From assembly GCA_944392815.1 (NCBI GenBank), contig CALXXY010000001.1, positions 133,141 through 197,140 on the forward strand: 64,000 nt of DNA. The letters are read 5' to 3'. The notes under the pieces were generated by a model. That model worked only from the letters and a program-made list of their open reading frames with translations. It ran no database searches and was not told where the DNA came from. This document shows, one piece after another, positions 1-7,677 of this stretch. The number at the start of each line of letters is the position of its first letter. Within the stretch, counting starts at the first letter, position 1. The DNA comes from an uncultured Alphaproteobacteria bacterium. GTDB taxonomy: Bacteria > Pseudomonadota > Alphaproteobacteria > Rs-D84. The position numbers were made by a program, and so were the translations under genes.

Positions 1-768
1 GGCAGTCAGCGCAATTTCAGGCATCATCAATAACACAGACGCCCCACGACTGTACGCGCGCCACGCGGCGTCAAAATATACCTGGGTTTTGCCACTGCCG
101 GTGATGCCGTCCAATAAATATACAGAAAATCCGCCGTTATCTATTGCGGTGCAAATCTCGTGCGCTGCGGCCGATTGTTCGGCATTTAATGTGACGTTGC
201 CCATATCGTGATATTGATATTGCGAAAAATCTGTTTCGCGGCGTCTGGCTACGGTTGGTATTAATGCGCCGTGCGTTATCATGCCACGCACCACGGCACC
301 ACTGACGTGGGCGATGTTTTGAATATCAGATATACTCATTGCGTCGTTGTCATTTGACGCAAATGCGTCCGCCACTGATTGACGGGCGTCTGTCATGCGG
401 ATTTTATCGTCGTGGTTATATACATATAATTGTTCCATGCGTGGTGGCGAAAACGCGTCGGGCACATTTACAATCAATCGTAGTACAGCACCCGGCGTCA
501 TCAATGTCCAGTTGGACATTTTTTGAATCCATTGCAAATCTGCAACCGACAAATGTTCTGGGAATACATCGATGGTGTTTTTGATTTTTTCGGGTGGCAA
601 AGCACTGTCCCCGATACCGTACACCACCCCGATATAGGGACGGTTCATAACACTGACGCGTACAAAACTGCCCAAATCGGCCGGTGCGGTTAATCGGTAG
701 TCATAGCCCGCATTCACAACGTTTGGAATTAAAATTTTGACAACGTCACCCGTTTTGAACATGTCCAT
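1..768 (-). CDS. priA: Primosomal protein N' (PriA helicase), N-terminal part; gene continues beyond window start
   Basis: Minus-strand translation from ATG (complement of 766-768): MDMFKTGDVV...YLLDGITGSGKTQVYFDA, the PriA Walker-A region; frame is open to position 1. The ORF track omits it because it is partial. Confidence 0.75.
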   Translation of the reverse strand, partial: MDMFKTGDVVKILIPNVVNAGYDYRLTAPADLGSFVRVSVMNRPYIGVVYGIGDSALPPEKIKNTIDVFPEHLSVADLQWIQKMSNWTLMTPGAVLRLIVNVPDAFSPPRMEQLYVYNHDDKIRMTDARQSVADAFASNDNDAMSISDIQNIAHVSGAVVRGMITHGALIPTVARRRETDFSQYQYHDMGNVTLNAEQSAAAHEICTAIDNGGFSVYLLDGITGSGKTQVYFDAAWRAYSRGASVLLMMPEIALTA

Positions 769-812
769 AAATTACTTGTTTTTTTATTTTTTTTCAATAT
801 TATTTATGGAAA

Positions 813-1613
813 ATGGCACCGTGGAAACAATTTTTTGGAACGCTGTGGGGTTTGTCGTATTGCATACCCGTGCGTAAATGGCGCAATTGGATACGCAGCG
901 AAAAATTGTTCGGATACGGCGATAAACTGAACGCATTACGCAGAACTTTCCCGGATTTAGATTGGAAACATTTTCGCCTGGCCAAGGGTGGCGGCAGTTT
1001 GGCGTTCATTGTTGGTGGGCGCGTGTTTAAAATTCGCAAATTTCACCAGCGCGATGATTCTGTGCAACGTTTTAATCGCGAAAAAAGAATTACTGATGCC
1101 ATTGCGCCCATTTTGCCGATAATGGTGCCGCATATTGATATTTTTCAAATTGATGAATACACAGTGTATTCGACTGAATTTATCCCGGGACGTATTTTAT
1201 TGGATTTGCCAATGAAAAAAATTCTGGCCCACAGGGACGAAATCGGGCAATCATTGGGGCAAATTATATATACCCTGTTTAATGCGCGGTTGCCTGAATT
1301 GGACGACATGCGTCCCGTTGATGGCGACCCGAATGATACCGGTATGGTGCACGGTGATATGTGCAGTAATATTTTGGTTGACCCGGACACTATGAAAATC
1401 ACAGGCATTATTGATTGGGAATATTCTGGGTTTGGGTCACTGCGACGCGAATTTTTTGGAATATTTTGGGTGCGCAGAAAAATGCGCCTGACAGATATTG
1501 CGCCGACAGCCATGTGGGAATATTACCGGCTGCGCGACAACAATGCCCCAGGAAGGAAAGGAAACAAATCTGTTTCAGCCCAGGGAAAAAAACATGAAAA
1601 AAAACAAAAATAA
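813..1613 (+). CDS. Aminoglycoside/choline-kinase-like phosphotransferase (APH family)
   Basis: HGDMCSNILVD...ITGIIDWEYSG catalytic-loop and DWE motifs of the APH/protein-kinase-like fold; lysine-rich tail. Confidence 0.6.
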   Translation: MAPWKQFFGTLWGLSYCIPVRKWRNWIRSEKLFGYGDKLNALRRTFPDLDWKHFRLAKGGGSLAFIVGGRVFKIRKFHQRDDSVQRFNREKRITDAIAPILPIMVPHIDIFQIDEYTVYSTEFIPGRILLDLPMKKILAHRDEIGQSLGQIIYTLFNARLPELDDMRPVDGDPNDTGMVHGDMCSNILVDPDTMKITGIIDWEYSGFGSLRREFFGIFWVRRKMRLTDIAPTAMWEYYRLRDNNAPGRKGNKSVSAQGKKHEKKQK

Positions 1614-2154
1614 TAAAAAACAAACAGCGGCACAACGCGCGTTCTCGTCATACACGACATATATTTCAGAAACAGTTATCGATACGTACGGACCGTCATA
1701 TGCGAACCAGGAAACTATGCGAAACACATGGCGCAACCAAATTCCGTATACTGATGAAATCGCTGATTTTTTAGTATTCAAAACACATATGTATATCAGA
1801 TTTTTGGACGCACGCGATTCTAATTCCACCAACCCCCAATTTTTGCGGGCATTAACACATTTGATGGCTGATTATTTGTCGGCGTATACTATGCACAGTT
1901 CGGCAAAAATAACCCGAAAAAGGGCCAAAGAAATTTTAAAAAAATTGCTGTACGATAATTCTGCGTACATTCAAAATCTGTTGGCGCGCCAGGAATTGGA
2001 ACGCAACGCGCGTGAATCCCGGCATAAAAACGCATACAAACGTCCCAACAGTATTCAGAAAAAGAAACAACAGCAATCTGCAAAACGCAAATTTAATGAA
2101 AAACAGAATCAAAAACAGGCAACTGTTATCGAAATCGTAATTCGGCAACGTTAA
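1594..2154 (+). CDS. Hypothetical basic (Lys/Gln-rich) protein
   Basis: ATG at 1594 preceded by gggaaaaaaac; MKKNKNNKKQTAAQ...; no recognisable domain. Confidence 0.35.
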   Translation: MKKNKNNKKQTAAQRAFSSYTTYISETVIDTYGPSYANQETMRNTWRNQIPYTDEIADFLVFKTHMYIRFLDARDSNSTNPQFLRALTHLMADYLSAYTMHSSAKITRKRAKEILKKLLYDNSAYIQNLLARQELERNARESRHKNAYKRPNSIQKKKQQQSAKRKFNEKQNQKQATVIEIVIRQR

Positions 2155-3021
2155 TTATTTAATTGCGTGATTTATTTCCAAATCGGCAGCGAATTGTGTA
2201 CGAAACCATGTTCGTTGCCGTTTTGCATATTGATTGGTTTTATTTATCCAATCGGCCACACATTCATCGCGCGATATTTCCCCACGCAGATATGCGCACA
2301 ATTGTGCCGCACCAATCGCACGTGACGCGTCCCAGTTGGCGGCGATTATTGCGCGCGCTTCGTCCAATGCGCCGCCCGCCACCATTTTTGGAATACGTGC
2401 CACAATGCGCGGGCGCAGTTCAGACATATCTGGGTTAATTAAAACCTTGTACGGGGTTGGTGTTATCGCACCACTGCGGGGCAATTTTTGCCATTCGGTT
2501 AAATGACGCCCCGTTTCCAGGAACACTTCCACCGCGCGGGCAACACGCTGGGGGTCGGTGGCGGTAAATTCAGGCGGCAACATTTTTCGCGCGGCGTCCA
2601 AATCGGTCGCCACCATTTCGCGGGCACGCGCACGATTTTCATGCGATATTTCCGGCATTGGCGAAATGCCGTTTATTATCGCATTCATGTAATATCCAGT
2701 GCCACCGACAAAAATCGGCGTGCGCCCCGCCCCGCGTGCAGCATCATATTCGCGCCGTGCCATTTGCAGATAATCCGCCACGCTGATTTGCGCCGACAAC
2801 GGCAATATGGAAAACAACCGATATGGCACACCATCGATTTCATCAGAAACACTGCGGCCGGCGAACGGACTGGCCGATATGTTTTCTATGCCGCTGTAAA
2901 TTTGCACACTGTCACAATTAATAATCACGCCGTTGTGTTCGCGTGCCAAACGGTGTGCGTATTCACTTTTGCCCGATGCAGTTGGCCCCGTGACAATAAA
3001 AGATGTATGTTTTTCAACCAT
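2155..3021 (-). CDS. miaA: tRNA dimethylallyltransferase
   Basis: FIVTGPTASGKS P-loop, NCDSVQIYSG, GGTGYY motifs. Start moved to the ATG at 3021; the track start at 3030 is a TTG. Confidence 0.85.
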   Translation of the reverse strand: MVEKHTSFIVTGPTASGKSEYAHRLAREHNGVIINCDSVQIYSGIENISASPFAGRSVSDEIDGVPYRLFSILPLSAQISVADYLQMARREYDAARGAGRTPIFVGGTGYYMNAIINGISPMPEISHENRARAREMVATDLDAARKMLPPEFTATDPQRVARAVEVFLETGRHLTEWQKLPRSGAITPTPYKVLINPDMSELRPRIVARIPKMVAGGALDEARAIIAANWDASRAIGAAQLCAYLRGEISRDECVADWINKTNQYAKRQRTWFRTQFAADLEINHAIK

Positions 3022-3155
3022 TTGCGGCAATTATAAACGCGCACGCCCCGGAATTCAAGCACAACCCACACGTGAAAATTTCAGATTGCACATTTTTCAT
3101 ATCGCGCTATAATACCCGTCGTCCAATAATAGTAAAAAAACGAAAGGAATAAATT

Positions 3156-4157
3156 ATGTCAAAAGTAAGAGTTGCTATTAACGGTTTCGGCCGCATTGGT
3201 CGTTTGGTGTTGCGCGCGGCGTTGGTATCTGGGCGTGACGACATTGAATTTGTGGCGGTGAACGATTTGGCACCGGCCGAACAAAATGCGTATTTGTTGC
3301 AGTATGATTCTGTGCACGGCAAATTGCCGATGGACGTCAAACTGGACGGCGAATATATCATCGTCGGCAACCAGAAAATCAAATGTATTGCTGAAAAAGA
3401 TCCAACTAAATTGCCATGGCGCGATTTGGATATCGACATCGTTATGGAATGCACGGGCATTTTCACCGCTGCGGACAAAGCGCGCGTGCATTTGGACCAG
3501 GGCGCAAAGCGCGTTTTGGTTTCTGCGCCGTCTGCGGGTGCGGATAAAACAATCGTGTTTGGCGTGAACCAGGATACCCTGACATCAGACGATTTAATCG
3601 TGTCCAACGCGTCATGCACAACAAATTGCCTGGCCCCAGTGGCCCAGGTTTTGGATAACACATTCGGTATTGTGTCTGGGTGGATGACCACTGTACACGC
3701 GTACACCGGCGACCAACAATTGTTGGATAAAAATCACAAAGATTTCCGCCGTGCACGCGCAGCTGGGCTGTCCATGATTCCGACCAGCACCGGCGCAGCC
3801 AAAGCAATCGGATTGGTGTTGCCGAAATTGGCGGGTAAATTGGACGGCATGGCCATTCGCGTGCCGACACCGGACGTATCCGTTGTTGAATTGGTTGTGA
3901 ATTTGGAACGCGACGCCACGGTTGACGCCGTGAACAACGCCATGCGCGCGGCTGAATCCAAAACATTCGGATATAACGAATTGCCGATGGTTTCCGTCGA
4001 TTTCAAAGGCGACATGCACAGTTCCATTTTTGACGCCACCCAGACCAAAGTCCTGGGCGACCGTTTGGTGCATGTGACCGCATGGTACGACAACGAATGG
4101 GGATTTTCGAACCGCATGGGCGACACAGCCGTAGCGATGGGAAAATTAATCAAATAA
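3156..4157 (+). CDS. gap: Glyceraldehyde-3-phosphate dehydrogenase
   Basis: MSKVRVAINGFGRIGR Rossmann motif, SNASCTTNCLAP active-site Cys; 333 aa. Confidence 0.95.
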   Translation: MSKVRVAINGFGRIGRLVLRAALVSGRDDIEFVAVNDLAPAEQNAYLLQYDSVHGKLPMDVKLDGEYIIVGNQKIKCIAEKDPTKLPWRDLDIDIVMECTGIFTAADKARVHLDQGAKRVLVSAPSAGADKTIVFGVNQDTLTSDDLIVSNASCTTNCLAPVAQVLDNTFGIVSGWMTTVHAYTGDQQLLDKNHKDFRRARAAGLSMIPTSTGAAKAIGLVLPKLAGKLDGMAIRVPTPDVSVVELVVNLERDATVDAVNNAMRAAESKTFGYNELPMVSVDFKGDMHSSIFDATQTKVLGDRLVHVTAWYDNEWGFSNRMGDTAVAMGKLIK

Positions 4158-4184
4158 AAACCGGGGCATTCGCCCCGGTTTTTA
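4157..4184 (+). terminator. Rho-independent terminator of gap
   Basis: ccggggc-attc-gccccgg hairpin followed by ttttta. Confidence 0.7.
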
Positions 4185-4186
4185 TT

Positions 4187-4246
4187 AGAGTGAAGAGTGG
4201 AGAGTATAGAGTGCAGATGTTGTCTGCGGGCATTCGCCCGCAGTGC
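4187..4246. repeat. Repeat family A ('agagtgNagagtggagagtatagagtgNagat' + palindrome), copy 1
   Basis: Near-identical copy at 33712-33764. Confidence 0.8.
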
Positions 4247-4271
4247 TTTTTTATTTCTCGCGATGACAAAG

Positions 4272-4317
4272 GGGGAGTAAGGGGATTGTCTCGCACTCTC
4301 TGACCACCCCGCCCTGC
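4272..4317. repeat. Repeat family C ('ggggagtaag...tctcgcactctctNaccaccccg'), copy 1
   Basis: Second copy at 5801-5845; partial at ~5590-5610. Confidence 0.8.
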
Positions 4318-4351
4318 GGGCACCCCTCCAATGGAGGGGAACTGGCTGCGT

Positions 4352-4414
4352 ACCGTCGCGGAGTAAAGTTCCCCTCTGCGGAGGGGTGGCACGAAGTGCC
4401 GGGGTGGTTTATTC
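4352..4414. repeat. Repeat family B ('attaccgtcgcgg..aaagttcccctctgcggaggggtggc..cggggtggt'), copy 1
   Basis: Copies at 5405-5478 and 33766-33835; contains the cccctc/gagggg hairpin. Confidence 0.8.
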
Positions 4415-4735
4415 CATTGCGCAGGGTTGTTCGAATTCATATATGCCGGTGGTGTCTGTATACGATACACCCGCTGGGGCGTACATTATGCACGAACCGT
4501 CTGGGCTGGTCACAAGGCAACTGGTTGCTGTGCCGGCGGACGTATAGCCCGTTGGGCATGAAGTGTTCGCAATATCCATGTGTTCCTCGACCACCGCGAT
4601 ATAACCCGACGGGCATGAAGTTGATGGGGTGCTTATTGCCTGCGCTGGCGGAACAACGACTACTCCACCTCCTACATCCAGGGCCATCGCAGATACCGGA
4701 CAACATAATGCACATAAAATCAGTATTCTTTTCAT
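4409..4735 (-). CDS. Small secreted Cys-rich protein (signal peptide), hypothetical
   Basis: MKRILILCALCCPVSAMA signal peptide; internal TSCPSGY/TSCPTGY repeats; ATG preceded by a gggggc RBS; in tandem with the next gene. Confidence 0.45.
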   Translation of the reverse strand: MKRILILCALCCPVSAMALDVGGGVVVVPPAQAISTPSTSCPSGYIAVVEEHMDIANTSCPTGYTSAGTATSCLVTSPDGSCIMYAPAGVSYTDTTGIYEFEQPCAME

Positions 4736-4747
4736 TGCGCGCCCCCG

Positions 4748-5191
4748 TTAGTCAGACAGATAACGAAACAGCGCAGACCGAAAGGCCGCAAGGTCCCGGA
4801 CGTTGGTCGCACAGTTGGCCGCGCAAAGCTGGGCGCAAACACCGGCCGACGAGTACGAGGAGTACACCCAGCGCGAAACGGCTGGACTTATCATACGACA
4901 CCAGCAATATTTATTATCGTCACTTGTTGATGATATATCCAGTTTTGTCGCTGTGGCGTATTGATATGCGCCTTTTGTACTACTGCATATTCCTATACCG
5001 CTTATCGGTGTGCTTACCCCGTTTGTTGTACACGTATCTGCCCAATCGGTATGATATTGGTATTGTGTAGGACTTGAGGTGCACGTCGTACTGCTGTTCA
5101 AGGCCACGCACTTCGTCACGGCGTGGGCGCCGGTGGTGGTTATGGCGCATAGCATTGCGCCGGCGATTAAAAACAGTTTCGAAATTTTCAT
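4748..5191 (-). CDS. Small secreted Cys/Ser/Thr-rich protein (signal peptide), hypothetical
   Basis: MKISKLFLIAGAMLCAITTTGAHA signal peptide; ATG with gggggagtcagagta RBS; 147 aa. Confidence 0.45.
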   Translation of the reverse strand: MKISKLFLIAGAMLCAITTTGAHAVTKCVALNSSTTCTSSPTQYQYHTDWADTCTTNGVSTPISGIGICSSTKGAYQYATATKLDISSTSDDNKYCWCRMISPAVSRWVYSSYSSAGVCAQLCAANCATNVRDLAAFRSALFRYLSD

Positions 5192-5404
5192 TACTCTGAC
5201 TCCCCCTGTATGTCCCCATCGATTCGTGTTTGGGGGCCAATCCCCGCAGAATCCAAAGGGTCGTTTATTTTCGGCATTTCTATGTGGACATTATAGTGGA
5301 ATTTCTGGGCTTGCGTCAACTAAACAAATGCCGAATCTAAACCACCCTTTATTTTCGGCATCTTTTTTTGCATTTTTCGGCAGATTTCCGCGCCACAGCG
5401 CGCG

Positions 5405-5478
5405 ATTTTATTACCGTTGCGGAATAAAGTTCCCCTCTGCGGGGGGGTGGCGCGCTTTGCGCGACGGGGTGGTCATTG
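5405..5478. repeat. Repeat family B, copy 2
   Basis: attttattaccgttgcggaataaagttcccctctgcgggggggtggcgcgctttgcgcgacggggtggtcattg. Confidence 0.8.
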
Positions 5479-5481
5479 TGT

Positions 5482-5494
5482 CCCCCCCCCCCCC
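5482..5494. repeat. Homopolymeric C13 tract
   Basis: tg-tccccccccccccc-gtcatcg; a simple-sequence repeat prone to slipped-strand mispairing. Confidence 0.85.
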
Positions 5495-5514
5495 GTCATC
5501 GTAAACGATGACAC

Positions 5515-5578
5515 CCCCGCCCAGAACCACCCACGCAAACTATGTTTGCGCGGGGCCCGATGGGTGCGGTGGGCATTC
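5515..5578. repeat. Repeat family E (composite palindrome 'ttcccgcc..ccacccacg.aaa..tttgcgcggg..ggtgcggg'), copy 1
   Basis: Related copies at 5731-5796 and 6832-6890. Confidence 0.7.
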
Positions 5579-5614
5579 GAGTATGTCATTGCTCGCGCAC
5601 TCTCTCCCCCTGTC

Positions 5615-5634
5615 ATTCCCGCGCAGGCGGGAAT
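5615..5634. repeat. Perfect palindrome ATTCCC-N8-GGGAAT (dRS3-like)
   Basis: attcccgcgcaggcgggaat; a similar ATTCCCGC...GCGGGAAT palindrome is at 33684-33708. Confidence 0.8.
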
Positions 5635-5730
5635 AGGGCTTGGATTGTTATTAGTTATTTAATTAGGGAAATAATTCTGCGTTGTGTTTTTATTATTACG
5701 AAATCTGCGATATGAATTTAATAGACCATA

Positions 5731-5796
5731 TTCCCGCCTTGTCCACCCCACAAACACATTCGTGTTTGCGGGGGCCCCGGGCGCGGGAATGACAAG
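5731..5796. repeat. Repeat family E, copy 2
   Basis: ttcccgccttgtccaccccacaaacacattcgtgtttgcgggggccccgggcgcgggaatgacaag. Confidence 0.7.
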
Positions 5797-5800
5797 TTAT

Positions 5801-5895
5801 GGGGAGTAAGTGCATTTTCTCGCACTCTCTAACCACCCCGGCCTGGCCACCCGCGCGACGTGTCGCGTGGGTGGCCAGGCCAGGGTGGTCATTGT
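5801..5895. repeat. Repeat family C copy 2 plus a long perfect palindrome (ggccacccgcgcgacg/tgtcgcgtgggtggcc)
   Basis: Direct comparison with 4272-4317; the palindrome spans 5843-5879. Confidence 0.8.
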
Positions 5896-5978
5896 ACTGG
5901 CGGTGGGCATTCTGGGGCGGCGGTGTTTGCCGATGAAAAGGTGGGACAGACGTGAAGTTTATTTTTTATAAAAAACTG

Positions 5979-6006
5979 CTTGCATTTATTCCGGGAACAG
6001 TATAAT
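5979..6006 (+). promoter_or_regulatory. Candidate sigma70 promoter of tRNA-Asp with AT-rich UP element
   Basis: cTTGCAt-15/16-TATAAT ending 17 nt before the tRNA; attttttataaaaaa lies upstream. Confidence 0.5.
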
Positions 6007-6022
6007 ATATGTCCTGCTCTTT

Positions 6023-6100
6023 GGGGTTGTAGCTCAGCTGGTTTAGAGCGTCTGCCTGTCACGCAGAAGGTCGCGGGTTCGAGCCCCGTCAATCCCGCCA
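6023..6100 (+). tRNA. tRNA-Asp (GTC)
   Basis: ggggttgtagctcagctggtttagagcgtctgcctgtcacgcagaaggtcgcgggttcgagccccgtcaatcccgcca; anticodon loop cuGUCac. Confidence 0.9.
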
Positions 6101-6221
6101 CAAATTTGCCGCCGCATGGCGGCGTTTTTATTTCCCGCCACGCCGCGCATGCGGAATAATATTCTGTTGATATATTTTGGTGGATTGATATACTGTTATC
6201 AACCATAACAAAGGGGAAAAT

Positions 6222-6710
6222 ATGAACATCAAATCTTTTGCCTGGATTGCGGGCGCTTTGGCTTTGGCCGCGTGCGGTGACAATACGCCGAATCCTGAAA
6301 TGTTAAAGGGTATGAATTTTATTTCTGCGGGCGCGGGTGCCGATATCACATTGTCGTTCGACGCGAATGAAATGCGCGTCAATGGCCAGGTCGTGAACCT
6401 GTACAACGGTTCGTACGAGGCCAACGGCAACCAAATCAAATTCAGCCCGTTCGCGTCAACTATGATGATGGGCCCAATGGACGCTATGCAGACGGAACAG
6501 GATTATTTCCAATTCATGACAACGGTTGAAACGTATGAATTGGCCGATGGACGTTTGACTTTGAAAAACGCAGACGGCAAAGAAATCGTGTTCCAACAGA
6601 TTGAACCAACCCAGGTAGAAACTGTCGAAACAGTCGAAGTTGCCACAGATGCCCCGGCCGACGCAGTCGCGATTCCGGTTGCGGCGCCTGATTCTGCGGT
6701 TGCTGAATAA
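6222..6710 (+). CDS. Lipoprotein with META (HslJ-like) domain
   Basis: Lipobox LALAAC; ...RVNGQVVNLYNGSYEANGNQIKFSPFASTMMMGPMDAMQTEQDYFQF...YELADGRLTLKNADGKEIVFQQ matches the META/HslJ pattern. Confidence 0.65.
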   Translation: MNIKSFAWIAGALALAACGDNTPNPEMLKGMNFISAGAGADITLSFDANEMRVNGQVVNLYNGSYEANGNQIKFSPFASTMMMGPMDAMQTEQDYFQFMTTVETYELADGRLTLKNADGKEIVFQQIEPTQVETVETVEVATDAPADAVAIPVAAPDSAVAE

Positions 6711-6746
6711 TACAGACAAACAAAATTTATAACCGGCAATATTGAC

Positions 6747-6775
6747 TTGACAACAGTTCAAATGCCGGTTATAAT
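6747..6775 (+). promoter_or_regulatory. Consensus sigma70 promoter (TTGACA-17-TATAAT)
   Basis: ttgaca at 6747-6752 and tataat at 6770-6775 with exact 17-bp spacing, ~155 bp upstream of tRNA-Glu. Confidence 0.6.
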
Positions 6776-6831
6776 TTGCCGGCGTTTTGGATTGAATAAA
6801 TTCAAAATCAGTGGCAGTTTTGGCCCCATCG

Positions 6832-6890
6832 TTCCCGCCAGAACCACCCACGAAAATAAATTTTCGCGGGACCCGGTGCGGGAATGACAG
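6832..6890. repeat. Repeat family E, copy 3 (between promoter and tRNA-Glu)
   Basis: ttcccgccagaaccacccacgaaaataaattttcgcgggacccggtgcgggaatgacag. Confidence 0.7.
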
Positions 6891-6929
6891 CGGCCCAGGT
6901 AAAATTGAAAGGTTTTACCGCACAGTTTT

Positions 6930-7005
6930 GGCCCCATCGTCTAGAGGCCCAGGACACCGCCCTTTCAAGGCGAGAACACCAGTTCGAATCTGGTTGGGGC
7001 TGCCA
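6930..7005 (+). tRNA. tRNA-Glu (TTC)
   Basis: ggccccatcgtctagaggcccaggacaccgccctttcaaggcgagaacaccagttcgaatctggttggggctgcca. Confidence 0.9.
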
Positions 7006-7236
7006 AAATAAATAACGACCCGTTTGGGTCGTTTTTTTATTTTGCTGTCTGCCCCCAGATTTGAACTGGTACAGTTCGTGCGCGAAGTTGGTGAAAACAC
7101 GCATTGCGTGTTTGAACCTTACGAGCCGAAAGGGGCCCGCCATGCCGCCAGGCATGGTGGGAATTACAATCTGGTTGGGGCTGCCAAAATAAATAACGAC
7201 CCGTTTGGGTCGTTTTTTTATTTTGCTGTCTGCCCC
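6986..7236. repeat. Tandem direct repeat: ~70-bp unit (3' 19 nt of tRNA-Glu + terminator) present twice, 181 bp apart
   Basis: 6986-7055 is essentially identical to 7167-7236 (aatctggttggggctgccaaaataaataacgacccgtttgggtcgtttttttattttgctgtctgcccc). Confidence 0.85.
7012..7040 (+). terminator. Rho-independent terminator after tRNA-Glu (duplicated at 7193-7221)
   Basis: cgaccc-gttt-gggtcg + T7. Confidence 0.7.
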
Positions 7237-7374
7237 AGGGCGGCAACCCCGTTTGAACATTGCCTGGGGACGATTTAAACATAGGAATCTTTACTGCTGT
7301 ACACGTGTGGGAATACGTGATACTATTCAACCTATCCTAGAACACGTTCTGGGTTATAAACAAGGAGAGAGAAA

Positions 7375-7605
7375 ATGACACATAATAATGTATGGTCTGC
7401 GGTTGACAGAATCGCGGCAAAAATGGGCCTGTCCTGTTCCGGGTTGGCACGGGCGTGCGGCATGGACCCGACCGCGTTCAATAAAAGCAAGCGCGTATCC
7501 AAATACGGCAAACCACACTGGCCATCGGGCAACACTTTGTCCAAAATTGTGTCTGTCGCGAAATTAAGCCCAGAAGAATTCGGCAGAATTTTACGTCAAA
7601 AATAA
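7375..7605 (+). CDS. Small HTH DNA-binding protein (XRE/Cro-like), hypothetical
   Basis: aaggagagag RBS; MTHNNVWSAVDRIAAKMGLSCSGLARACGMDPTAFNKSKR..., a helix-turn-helix pattern; 76 aa. Confidence 0.45.
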   Translation: MTHNNVWSAVDRIAAKMGLSCSGLARACGMDPTAFNKSKRVSKYGKPHWPSGNTLSKIVSVAKLSPEEFGRILRQK

Positions 7606-7612
7606 CACATGC

Positions 7613-7640
7613 CCCCGCCCCATCGGCGGGGTATTTTCTG
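7613..7640 (+). terminator. Terminator after the HTH gene
   Basis: ccccgcc-ccatc-ggcgggg then tattttct. Confidence 0.5.
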
Positions 7641-7644
7641 GGCA

Positions 7645-7677
7645 GACAAAAATTAACGGGGCGTTCGCCCCGTTATT
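7645..7677 (-). terminator. Terminator of the oleate hydratase gene (bidirectional hairpin)
   Basis: aacggggcgttcgccccgtt; the minus strand reads the hairpin followed by ttaatttttg. Confidence 0.6.

Noticed and set aside
339-584. Track ORF 339-584 (+)
   Set aside because: Lies antisense within the priA N-terminal coding region, which reads cleanly on the minus strand.
3159-4157. Several long antisense/alternate-frame ORFs inside gap (e.g. 3159-3491 -, 3463-3966 -, 3612-4073 -)
   Set aside because: gap is unambiguous on the + strand, and these are the usual high-GC shadow ORFs.
5079-5662. Track ORFs 5079-5504 and 5417-5662 (141 and 81 aa)
   Set aside because: They run straight through palindromic repeat families B/E and the C13 tract. 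Their composition is that of translated GC-rich repeats, with no RBS or signal features.
4187-5900. Possible CRISPR array suggested by recurring ~30-45-bp GC-rich palindromic units
   Set aside because: The units belong to several different families and are irregularly spaced and oriented, and there are no unique spacers of constant length. No cas genes are nearby. They are REP/MITE-like interspersed repeats, not CRISPR.
6456-7330. ORFs 6456-6851, 6808-7260, 7037-7330 and others overlapping the tRNA-Glu locus
   Set aside because: They overlap a tRNA gene, its promoter and duplicated terminator repeats, so they are not coding.
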